A DNA stretch of 40,896 bases from Caldilineae bacterium (lineage in GTDB: Bacteria > Chloroflexota > Anaerolineae > E26-bin7): the NCBI GenBank assembly GCA_037446095.1, contig JBBIJG010000002.1:1-40896 (forward strand), read 5' to 3'. The notes beneath the pieces are model-generated. The model was not told the DNA's origin. It worked only from the letters and a program-made list of their open reading frames with translations, and made no database searches. Every line of letters starts with the position of its first letter. Positions within the stretch are counted from its first letter, which is position 1. This document shows, in pieces, positions 8,577-19,294 of the stretch. The position numbers and the translations under genes were made by a program.

Positions 8577-10490
8577 TTAATGCTGGCGGGGAGGCTTGGT
8601 GTATGTCTTCGCGAAACCGGTGCGGGCCCTGGAAAGGGCTGCTTCGTCTTTCCACAGGCCACGCAACAGCAATCGTCGCTCCGGGCGCGGTGTACGGTGC
8701 AGGACGTAGTAAAAATTGAGGCGTTTCCCAGACACCTGGTATTCCCGCCGCAGGGCCTCGATCTCACCCTGGAGCTGCGCTTCGATCTCGTCTGCGCTCG
8801 CCGGCTCAAACACGGTCCGATTCACCCGGCAAAAGGGGCCCTTTTCACAACGGCACTGTACGACGATGCCATCCTCTGCCAATTCCCAGGTGCGCTGCGC
8901 CAGCTCCCGCCCGCCCGCAGCGATGACGAAAGCCTCTATGACCGGCCCGGTAGCGTGGGTGTACACCTCGATTCTCTGGCCGGTGGCAGGCAGGGTGCGT
9001 TGTGCTCTAACCGTCTGGCGCCCGGCCGGTGGGGTAGGAGGCTTGGGCTTCTTTTCGGCCTTTTTCTCTACCTCGGGCGCTTTTGGTTCGGGACGGGGTT
9101 CAGGTAGCGGTGCGGGAGGAACTTCGGCTTTGGGAACGAGGCGGGCCGGTTCGCCCTCGGCGGCGTGGCACAGGCCCACGTGTTCGCGGCAGGTGCCCCG
9201 GCCACAGGTTGGGCAGCGGTTCAGGCTGCTGGCGCATACCGGCTGCTCACACACCACACAGGTTTTGATCTGGTCAGCACACAAACCACAGTAGACCCGC
9301 CTGCAATCCACGCATTGGGGCGACAGGCACTCCTCGTGGGCCAGATGGCCTCCGGTGCACAGGAACAGGCGATAAGAGGCATGGCCGCAGACATCGCAGG
9401 CCAGCGGCTCGATGCGGTGCAGCAGGGGGTTCCACACCATGGTCCGGGTGACCATAGCCGTGCGGTTCTCGATGTTCATGGGCAACACCAGGCGAGGCTG
9501 GACGATGACCAACAGGTTGATCAGAGCCAGTTCGACGCGCAGCCGATATTTGGCCTCCGCGTCGGCCAGCTTGGCCTCCCGTTCCGCCTTGATAGCGAGC
9601 AGCTTGTCCTGGAGGGCGGGACGTCGGTCATCGTCAGCGCGTTCGAGGCGGCGTTGCAGATCGCGCTCCATATCATTGTAGTACTGCTCCAGCCGGGCGC
9701 GGTCCAGTTCCAGGAAACGGGCTGCCCGTCGTTGCAGGCTATCCAGCGGCTCAGCCAGCTCTTCCAGCGCGGCGCGTTGGGCCCGTTCGAGCAACCCCTC
9801 CAACGCCTGGTGTGACAGCGGGTTGGCTGGGCTCTGCGGCAGAGCCGCGGGACCCGGCGAAGGGGGTTCTGGGTTGGGCAGCCAGAGGGGGGGCATCACC
9901 GGCAGATGCTCGAAGGCGGGGGTCGTTTCCAGGGCCGTCAGGTGCTCGATCTCGGCCAGCTCTTTCACCGGATAGCCGCCCTGGGCATCCATCAGCACCG
10001 ACAAAAGTTGCTCCCGCTTCTCATCGGTGATCAGCGCGGCCTTGAAATTGAAGCGCACGTAGTGGCCGAGGACGGGGCTTTCGGACGAGCCCTTTTGTTC
10101 CACCAGGCGAGCATTGGGGAAAGACAAGGCGCGGCGGGCCAGGTCGGCCAGGCCGCGCTTGTCCAGTCGCACGGCATTGGCATAGAGGCGGGTACAGGCC
10201 GGCACCTGACGGGCCATTTCGATCAGGTTTTCGACAAGAGGGTGGCCATAGCTCAGGTACGTGACCTCTGCTTCTTCCGCGCCGGGTGGCTCCTTTTCCG
10301 GAGCGGGGCGGAGAGCCGACAGGAGTTCCAGCGAGGTGTCGTCGAAGGCGAAGCGCTGGTAGGCAGACACCCCCAGGCGGGCTGCTAGGGCATCGGGCAA
10401 GAGCACCTCATAGACCCCATAAGCTGGGGGCTCGACGATGGCGCCTGCTTCCTGGCAATAGTGCAATACAAAGTCTGCTAACTCGTCCAT
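8577..10490 (-). CDS. Uncharacterised 637-aa protein: N-domain, ~100-aa coiled coil, 15-Cys multi-zinc-ribbon cluster, Pro/Lys-rich linker, C-terminal domain
   Basis: Long ORF starting 5 nt after the SNF2 stop codon. ATG start (MDELADF). Cys cluster at aa 365-441 (CDVC..C..C..CVDC..CGLC..CVVC..C..CPTC..C..C). I recognise no family. Confidence 0.75.
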   Translation of the reverse strand: MDELADFVLHYCQEAGAIVEPPAYGVYEVLLPDALAARLGVSAYQRFAFDDTSLELLSALRPAPEKEPPGAEEAEVTYLSYGHPLVENLIEMARQVPACTRLYANAVRLDKRGLADLARRALSFPNARLVEQKGSSESPVLGHYVRFNFKAALITDEKREQLLSVLMDAQGGYPVKELAEIEHLTALETTPAFEHLPVMPPLWLPNPEPPSPGPAALPQSPANPLSHQALEGLLERAQRAALEELAEPLDSLQRRAARFLELDRARLEQYYNDMERDLQRRLERADDDRRPALQDKLLAIKAEREAKLADAEAKYRLRVELALINLLVIVQPRLVLPMNIENRTAMVTRTMVWNPLLHRIEPLACDVCGHASYRLFLCTGGHLAHEECLSPQCVDCRRVYCGLCADQIKTCVVCEQPVCASSLNRCPTCGRGTCREHVGLCHAAEGEPARLVPKAEVPPAPLPEPRPEPKAPEVEKKAEKKPKPPTPPAGRQTVRAQRTLPATGQRIEVYTHATGPVIEAFVIAAGGRELAQRTWELAEDGIVVQCRCEKGPFCRVNRTVFEPASADEIEAQLQGEIEALRREYQVSGKRLNFYYVLHRTPRPERRLLLRGLWKDEAALSRARTGFAKTYTKPPRQH

Positions 10491-10495
10491 GCGTC

Positions 10496-12325
10496 CTACT
10501 CTGCGGCAAAGTCCTCTCCAAAGAGGGCTTCATCGTACTCCTGGGTACGCTGGTAAGCCTGGCGCGCCTGCACCAGAGCTTCGCCCAATTGCTCAAAGCC
10601 ACGGACCACTTCGTCGGAGGTGCGAGCCCGCGCCCACACCTCCATCACCAGGTCCTCAAAGTCCCGCTCGTCGGCCAGATGCCCCAGGATCATGCCGGTC
10701 TCTCCAATGACCAGCTCAAACATGTTCAGTTTGCGGTCGAGCAGGTCCAGGATATAGTCCTCGATGGTGCCTTCGGCTGACAGGTTAAAGATGTCCACCT
10801 CGCGCGCCTGGCCAATACGGTGAATGCGGCCCACCCGTTGTTCGATGCGCATCGGATTCCAGGGCAGGTCAAAGTTGATCATGGTGCGGCAGAATTGCAG
10901 GTTGCGTCCTTCGCCAGCGGCTTCGGTGGAGAGGAGGACGGGCGCGCTCTGCTCAAAGCGGCGGATGGCCTCGTCTTTCTGAGCGGTGGACAGGCCGCCG
11001 TGATAGAGCACAAAGTCTACCCCCAGGGCCCGCAAGCGCTCAGCCAGCCGTTCCAGGGTGGCGTTGAAATGGGTGAAGATGATGACCTTCCCGGAGGATG
11101 GGGTATCAACCCGGCCTACCATGGGCAGCAGGAGCTTTTCCAGAGCATCGGCCTTGGCCCACGATTCGATCTGGTTGGCGCGGTCGGCCATGGCCAGCAG
11201 TTGGGCCTGGTAGGGTTTCATCTCCCTCCGCTCGGCCAGCTTTTGCAGGGTGGGAGCAGCAGCCCAAGGGCTGCTGCCGATCTCGCGCTGGATGGTCTGC
11301 AAAGTAAACTTTTGCACCGCCGTGAGCTCGTTGCCTTCTTCTTCAGCCCCATCACCGGACTCCCTGCCTGAGGCCCGGAGTTGCTCTCGCACGAAGGTGC
11401 TGACATCGTCGTACAGGGCCTGTTCGTCTGGGCTGAGCTTCAGGCGGATGGTGTGGGCGTGGCGAGGGGGCAGAGAGATACTCACCTGACTACGCGAGTG
11501 GCGCACCATCACGTCGGCCAGCAGTTCCCGCAGCCGGCCGCGGTTCTTAGGCAGACGTGGGTCGCCCTGTACCACAAATTGCTGTCGAAATTGGCGCGGC
11601 GTCTTGAGCTGGCCTGGCTTTAGGATGGTGATGAGATTATACAGTTCGTCCAGGTCGTTTTGTACCGGTGTGGCGGTCAGCAAAAGGATGTACTTCTTCT
11701 GCAAGGCGTTGACAAACTTCCATGACACGCTGGCGCGGTTCTTCAGGTGGTGGGCTTCGTCCACGATGATGAGGTCATAGACGATCTGGGTGATCTCCCG
11801 GCGGTGTTCGGGGCGGCGGGCAGTAGCCAGCGAGGCGACGACATGGGGGAAGGTCGCCCAGGCCCGTGGGCCGAGGGCGCGGAATTCCGGGTCGGAACTG
11901 GTGACAAACTCGGTGAGGCGAAACTTGTAGGCCAGTTCCTCGCGCCACTGCTCGACGAGAGCTGGTGGGGTGAGAATGAGCACCCGGCTGACCAGGCGGC
12001 GCAGGAGGTACTCCTTCAGCACCAGGCTGGCCTCGATGGTCTTACCCAGGCCGACCTCATCACACAGCAGGCCACGGCCCCGGAAGCGGCGCAGCGCCGT
12101 CTGCGCCGTTTTCACCTGGTAGCCGAAGGGTGCAAAATCGAGGGTATCCAGACAGATCAGCTCGTCGAAGCCAGCGACGAGTAACAGACGCTCCGCCTGA
12201 AGCTGAAGCTGATACAGGCCCGGCCCAGTCCAATCTCCGTTGATGAATGCCTCGAGGACAGCTTCGGCGCCGGGCAGCAGACGCACCTCGTAAGTTTCCT
12301 GTAACGGACGATTCTTCTCGCTCAT
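10496..12325 (-). CDS. SNF2/RapA-like superfamily-2 ATPase (minimal core, ~610 aa)
   Basis: Motif I is DEVGLGKT, motif II is DEAHHLKN, motif VI is QRVGRIHRIGQ; helicase-C region contains LLSTEAAGEGRNLQ. The ATG at 12325 lies 13 nt after the upstream stop; the track start at 12346 is TTG. Confidence 0.9.
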   Translation of the reverse strand: MSEKNRPLQETYEVRLLPGAEAVLEAFINGDWTGPGLYQLQLQAERLLLVAGFDELICLDTLDFAPFGYQVKTAQTALRRFRGRGLLCDEVGLGKTIEASLVLKEYLLRRLVSRVLILTPPALVEQWREELAYKFRLTEFVTSSDPEFRALGPRAWATFPHVVASLATARRPEHRREITQIVYDLIIVDEAHHLKNRASVSWKFVNALQKKYILLLTATPVQNDLDELYNLITILKPGQLKTPRQFRQQFVVQGDPRLPKNRGRLRELLADVMVRHSRSQVSISLPPRHAHTIRLKLSPDEQALYDDVSTFVREQLRASGRESGDGAEEEGNELTAVQKFTLQTIQREIGSSPWAAAPTLQKLAERREMKPYQAQLLAMADRANQIESWAKADALEKLLLPMVGRVDTPSSGKVIIFTHFNATLERLAERLRALGVDFVLYHGGLSTAQKDEAIRRFEQSAPVLLSTEAAGEGRNLQFCRTMINFDLPWNPMRIEQRVGRIHRIGQAREVDIFNLSAEGTIEDYILDLLDRKLNMFELVIGETGMILGHLADERDFEDLVMEVWARARTSDEVVRGFEQLGEALVQARQAYQRTQEYDEALFGEDFAAE

Positions 12326-12338
12326 GGCTGCCCTTATG

Positions 12339-14528
<2,190 letters not shown>

Positions 14529-14647
14529 AAAATCGCTCCGCAAAGCCTTCAAAGGGCCAGGGCCTCTTCCAGAGCCTATGTCCAGAACCGCGCCCGCCCA
14601 TCTTGAAGCAGCAGCACTGCGCCATGGGTCAGCCTCCCGACGAAGCG

Positions 14648-15706
14648 TTAGCCATGCTCGCTGCTCCCGCCCCCCGCGGACGGGCTCAGGTCACCGCCCT
14701 GTTCCACCTTGGGGCAACCGGCCAGGGAGCCCGTCATCACCAGGTTGGCAGCCACATCCAGCAGCGGGCAGGGCCCCTCTTCCCAACCCGTCACGGCCTG
14801 ACAGGCCAGTTCCGCCCGCTCTTCACAGTGCCGGCATCGGTTATGGACCAGGAGCATGGCCCGGCTCAGGCGGGAGTAAAGGGTGGCGGCATCCTGTTCA
14901 TCCAGCTCCGCATCCAGGCCCAGGGCCTCTACTGTCCCCGTCTGGGCAAGGAAATGGGCCAGTTGCCCCTGGGCGAAAAGGGCCTCCGGGCCCGACACCT
15001 CATCATCGGGCAAAGCCTCCCAACGCTCCATCAACTCGGTGTAGAGAGCCGGTTCCATCTCCGCCAACAGGCCATGAGGAAGTCCCGCCGCCCGTTGTGG
15101 CCAACGCATCAGGCTCAGACCCACCAACAGGCTGAACCCTCGCACGGCGAGCGGCAACTCAGGTGCGGCCAGTTCATCGCAAAAAGGCGCTGCCGGACAG
15201 GTCTCACAACCCAATTCTTCGGAAGGCATCAGCCGCATGTGACGTTGCAAATTGGCCCAGGCTGCGACCGCTTCTCGAGCCGATTCGGACAGCTCCTGGC
15301 CCAGCCGCAAGATAGCCAGAGAGATCTCCAGGAGATGCCGGTCTCTCCTCCGGCGACCTTTCCGCAGTCCAAAGCCATCCAGCCAGTCCTCCGGCTCTCC
15401 GTTTAGTCCGAGGTAGTCTTCCAACAAGTCTTCCAGATAATCGAGGGGTGACTCCAGCACGGCGATCGGCAGGGCCTCCCACTCCACCAGGTCCAGGAGT
15501 TCCTCACCAATCTCGATGACCTTATCCAGGTCCGTCAGGAGGTCCAACTGCTTGATCAACGGCAACCAGTCATCGGGCTCCAGGGCGATCCAATCATCGG
15601 GGGTGGTTCCGTCCAGACCACCCACCTCATCGCTGAGAAAGAACAAAGCGGCCATTTCCCTGGCCCACATCTTAATTGAGATGTCCCTGTGACTCCACAT
15701 ATCCAC
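14648..15706 (-). CDS. Uncharacterised, strongly acidic 350-aa protein with CxxC pairs (first gene of the SNF2/Clp-like operon)
   Basis: Long ORF on the same strand and downstream of a good promoter. Start is GTG 15706 or ATG 15700, after GGGGGAGGAGGA. Asp/Glu/Leu-rich N-half, basic patch RKGRRRRDRH, Cys motifs CETCPAAPFC and CRHCEERAELAC. I recognise no family. Confidence 0.7.
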   Translation of the reverse strand: MDMWSHRDISIKMWAREMAALFFLSDEVGGLDGTTPDDWIALEPDDWLPLIKQLDLLTDLDKVIEIGEELLDLVEWEALPIAVLESPLDYLEDLLEDYLGLNGEPEDWLDGFGLRKGRRRRDRHLLEISLAILRLGQELSESAREAVAAWANLQRHMRLMPSEELGCETCPAAPFCDELAAPELPLAVRGFSLLVGLSLMRWPQRAAGLPHGLLAEMEPALYTELMERWEALPDDEVSGPEALFAQGQLAHFLAQTGTVEALGLDAELDEQDAATLYSRLSRAMLLVHNRCRHCEERAELACQAVTGWEEGPCPLLDVAANLVMTGSLAGCPKVEQGGDLSPSAGGGSSEHG

Positions 15707-15776
15707 AACATCCTCCTCCCCCGTATCAAGCCCGACCGACTTTGGCTCTCGGGTTCAGGGCCCAACGAGCACCTCT

Positions 15777-15805
15777 ATTATACCAGCACTTGGCGATATA
15801 AGCAA
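15777..15805 (-). promoter_or_regulatory. Sigma70-like promoter for the minus-strand SNF2/Clp-like operon
   Basis: Minus strand reads TTGCTT-17 nt-TATAAT with TG at the extended -10 position (GCTGGTATAAT), about 70 nt upstream of the first start codon. Confidence 0.5.
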
Positions 15806-15837
15806 CATAACCACGGTTGCCTAGTACTAACGTCTCA

Positions 15838-15866
15838 TTGCCTCCCTGCGGTTCTCATGGTATTAT
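15838..15866 (+). promoter_or_regulatory. Sigma70-like promoter for the protease operon
   Basis: TTGCCT-17 nt-TATTAT with an extended -10 TG (ATGGTATTAT), about 105 nt upstream of the ATG at 15972. Confidence 0.45.
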
Positions 15867-15971
15867 TATAGAAGTATGGGCTCATAGGGGTTGGTGGGTG
15901 AAGTATGGCCAGTTTCACTTCTAAACCGACATGAGGCATGAAGCCTCACGGATTAAGGAGATGCTACAAAG

Positions 15972-18209
15972 ATGAAGCACTGGATTCACGTCAACCAACC
16001 TCTGGCACCATGGCTGATTTGTGCTGCCCTATTATTCGGTTCTCTGTTGCTTTTCACAACCGCTGTCGCCGCCCCTCCACCAGATGGCCCCAAGCCTGGC
16101 GAAGTCAGCCTGGGCGCAGCAGACGATGGCCGCCAGATCGAGCTCGGCGAAGGCCAGGTTCTGGTCATCAGCCTGGAAAGCAATCCATCCACCGGCTATG
16201 GTTGGGAGGTAGAGGAAATAGACAAGGCGATCCTGCGCCAGATGGGGAAGACGGAGTTCGAAGCAGAATCGCATCTGCTGGGTGCTCCAGCTAAGCAGAT
16301 TCTGCGCTTCGAAGCAGTGGCCGCGGGCCAGACCCCTCTCCGGTTGGTCTACCGTCGCCCCTGGGAGAAGGGGGTAGCACCGGCCAGGACCTTCTCTCTG
16401 CAAGTGAAAAGTGCAGGGTCCTTTACCCGCACCAAGGATCCCCTTCCTACTCCTACAGCCGAACCCCTTGTTCAGACTTTGGAAGTTTCGACTGACCAAC
16501 TTGGCCTCCCTACATCTTTTAACTGGTGCGACCTGGGGGGATGCACCCCGGTCAAGGATCAGGCCAGTTGTGGGAGTTGCTGGGCCTTCAGCACGGTCGG
16601 CGCCCTGGAATCCAACATCCGAATCCGGGATGGGGGAGTTGTTAAGGACCTTGCGGAACAGTACCTTGTTTCATGCAACGAAGACGGCTGGGGCTGTAGT
16701 GGTGGGTGGTGGGCCCACGACTATCATTGGTGGAAGAAAGTGTCAGGTGAGACCGACGCCGGGGCAGTTTATGAGGCCGATTTCCCCTATGTGGCCAGGG
16801 ATGACCCTTGCAACCCCCCGCACGCCCATCACGAGAAAATCGTTTCCTGGGCCTTCGTGGGACCTGAGCACGGCGTTCCCTCCGTGGCGGCTATCAAGCA
16901 AGCCATCTACGACCATGGGCCCGTTTCCGCCGCCGTCTGTGTAGGCTCCGCCTTTCACAACTACACAGGCGGCATATTCGAAACCAATGAATGCAGCGAG
17001 GTGAATCACGCCGTGGTCCTGGTCGGCTGGGACGACAATCAGGGAATATGGTACCTCAGGAATTCCTGGGGGACAGGTTGGGGTGAAAGCGGCTATATGC
17101 GTATCAAATACGGGACCTCCAACGTGGGATACTCCGCCAATTACATTGTTTACAATGGCGGCGGCTGCCAGGATGCCTACGAAGCCGATGACACTTACAC
17201 AACCGCTAAAACGATCATTGTGAACGGAGCAGCGCAAACCCACAACTTCCACGTCGCTGGTGACGTGGACTGGGCCAAGGTCGCGGTGTCAGCCGGGAGT
17301 GCCTACACCATCACCACCTCGAATTTGGGGGCCAGCAGCGACACCGTCCTGGCCCTGTATGACGCCAACGGCACCACAAAGCTCGAAGAGAACGACGACT
17401 GCAGTCCGGGCAACCCGGCCTCGTGCATCAACAATTATACCGCTACCATCACCGGCACCTACTACATCTCAGTGAGCCATTCCACTGCCCAGGGTGGTTG
17501 CACAGGATACGGCTACAATCTGGCCGTCACCAGCAATAGTAGCGGTAAGATCGCGGAAATCTTCTTGCCCCTTATTATGAAGGGCAGCACCTGTAGAGAC
17601 ACCCAGGTCGTGCAGAACAATGGGTTCGAGAGCGGCAGGACCATCTGGGTGCAATCGAGCGGTCCGTACGACATCATCGGGCCTAGCTCGCAGGGCTATT
17701 ATCCTCACAGCGGCTCCTGGAGCGCCTGGTTTGGGGGATACAATAACGCCGATGACCGGCTCTACCAGACGATCAACATCCCAGCCGGCATTTCCTCTGC
17801 CAGACTAATTTTCTATCTCTACGTAGAATCAGAAGATGACCCTGATACCCCTTACGACTACTTCCACGCAGAATTGCAAAATGCCTCGGGCGGGACCCTG
17901 GAGAGCTTTCTCTGGGCAGACAATACCATGAGCAGCAGCTACTGGTGGAAAGGCACAATGGAGTGGAGGGATTTCAGCGCCCACGCCGGTCAGACGCGCC
18001 GCCTTTTCTTCCAGGGAACGACCGACGATTACCTGATCACCAACTTTTTCGTGGACGACGTCACCCTCTGGGCCTACTGTGGTGGATTGCCCGCCGGTAC
18101 CCAAACTATGGGCCCGGGTGGATGGACCTGGGAGAAGATAGAAACACCCCCTGGCTATACGCCAGTCCCTCACAGCGAGCAGATCCTGAGAAAGGGCAAA
18201 GGTGAATAA
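15972..18209 (+). CDS. Secreted multidomain papain-family (C1A) cysteine protease: signal peptide, chagasin-like I42 inhibitor domain, C1 catalytic domain, pre-peptidase C-terminal (PPC) domain, jelly-roll-like C-terminal domain
   Basis: AAGGAG RBS. Signal-like N-terminus. I42 motifs NPSTGYGW and YRRPWE. C1 triad contexts CGSCWAFS, VNHAVVLVGWD, NSWGTGWGESGY. PPC-like segment AYEADDTYTTAKTI..GDVDWAKV..LALYDANG. C-terminal NNGFESG..W domain. Confidence 0.85.
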   Translation: MKHWIHVNQPLAPWLICAALLFGSLLLFTTAVAAPPPDGPKPGEVSLGAADDGRQIELGEGQVLVISLESNPSTGYGWEVEEIDKAILRQMGKTEFEAESHLLGAPAKQILRFEAVAAGQTPLRLVYRRPWEKGVAPARTFSLQVKSAGSFTRTKDPLPTPTAEPLVQTLEVSTDQLGLPTSFNWCDLGGCTPVKDQASCGSCWAFSTVGALESNIRIRDGGVVKDLAEQYLVSCNEDGWGCSGGWWAHDYHWWKKVSGETDAGAVYEADFPYVARDDPCNPPHAHHEKIVSWAFVGPEHGVPSVAAIKQAIYDHGPVSAAVCVGSAFHNYTGGIFETNECSEVNHAVVLVGWDDNQGIWYLRNSWGTGWGESGYMRIKYGTSNVGYSANYIVYNGGGCQDAYEADDTYTTAKTIIVNGAAQTHNFHVAGDVDWAKVAVSAGSAYTITTSNLGASSDTVLALYDANGTTKLEENDDCSPGNPASCINNYTATITGTYYISVSHSTAQGGCTGYGYNLAVTSNSSGKIAEIFLPLIMKGSTCRDTQVVQNNGFESGRTIWVQSSGPYDIIGPSSQGYYPHSGSWSAWFGGYNNADDRLYQTINIPAGISSARLIFYLYVESEDDPDTPYDYFHAELQNASGGTLESFLWADNTMSSSYWWKGTMEWRDFSAHAGQTRRLFFQGTTDDYLITNFFVDDVTLWAYCGGLPAGTQTMGPGGWTWEKIETPPGYTPVPHSEQILRKGKGE

Positions 18210-18224
18210 TGTGGAGGATACGCC

Positions 18225-19247
18225 ATGTATGTGAAAATCAGACTCAGTAGATCGCAAAAGATCATTTGGAGTAGAGCCTTCAGGCGGAACTCTCCGGCTA
18301 AAGCCTTGACTCCAGAACCTAATTGCGGTCTACTGAGTCTGCTTGCGCGGAGGCCGGGCCTCACCCTGCTCGCTTCACTTTTCGGGGGGAGTTTGATGTT
18401 GGCCATCGGCTTGGCCAGTACCCCCTCATCCATTCAGGCCGCGACAACTACTCTTATCGGGTCCTCTGGCCCGTTCTGGCGAGACGAAAGGGCAAGCGTT
18501 CATCCAATGGACAACCACAGCGGCGCTGCCGATATCCGTTCCCTGGACGTTGTCACCACTTACGTCTACCTGCCCTTCATTACCAGGGCCGGGGTTTGCC
18601 AGCCCATCCCAGGCGAGAGCTACGGTAATTTCCCGATGAACGGGAGCCCGACCAATCCCTCAGCCGAAGAGCACCCCGACCTGAACCTGGCTATGCTCGG
18701 CTACGAACTTACCGATGCCTACAAGAGGCTGGTGGACTATAGCGGCGGGGCCGATCCCAACGCGCCCCAGTTGCCCGGCCTCTTTGCCGACAACCGCACC
18801 GCCACCTTCAGCGCCGTCTATCAACTGTACAGTTGGGACTGGGAACACAACCGTCGGGGACCGTTGATCACCAATCCAGAAGTGACCCTGGCCGGGCTGG
18901 CCGCGACTTCCGGCGAGACCATCCACGTGCCCGATTCTGGCTACACCATCGGCGGCGGCTACGAAGTGTTGGTGCTGTATGCCAGCACCGAGCGCATCAC
19001 TCTCAAGTACACCCCAGACGATAACGTAGTGTACGGGTACACCCTTCACGTAGAAAACGTCTGCGTGGAGCCCAGCCTGCTGGCCCTCTACGAGTCGTGG
19101 AATAGCGCCGGGCGCAGCCGCCTGCCGGCCTTGCGGGCCAGACAGGCCTTTGGCCGTGCCCGGGGCAGCGAAATCGGGATTGCCATCCGAGACACCGGCT
19201 CCCCGATGGACCCACGCTCGCGCAGAGACTGGTGGCAGGGGCGATAA
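18225..19247 (+). CDS. Secreted/anchored protein of unknown function
   Basis: GGAGGA lies 6 nt upstream of the ATG, 16 nt after the protease stop. Hydrophobic segment LTLLASLFGGSLMLAIGLA. YLPFIT motif at aa 115-120. I recognise no family. Confidence 0.65.
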   Translation: MYVKIRLSRSQKIIWSRAFRRNSPAKALTPEPNCGLLSLLARRPGLTLLASLFGGSLMLAIGLASTPSSIQAATTTLIGSSGPFWRDERASVHPMDNHSGAADIRSLDVVTTYVYLPFITRAGVCQPIPGESYGNFPMNGSPTNPSAEEHPDLNLAMLGYELTDAYKRLVDYSGGADPNAPQLPGLFADNRTATFSAVYQLYSWDWEHNRRGPLITNPEVTLAGLAATSGETIHVPDSGYTIGGGYEVLVLYASTERITLKYTPDDNVVYGYTLHVENVCVEPSLLALYESWNSAGRSRLPALRARQAFGRARGSEIGIAIRDTGSPMDPRSRRDWWQGR

Positions 19248-19294
19248 CGCAGGTGCGACGCCCTTAGTAGTCGCACTTTGGGAAAGGCCAAAAC

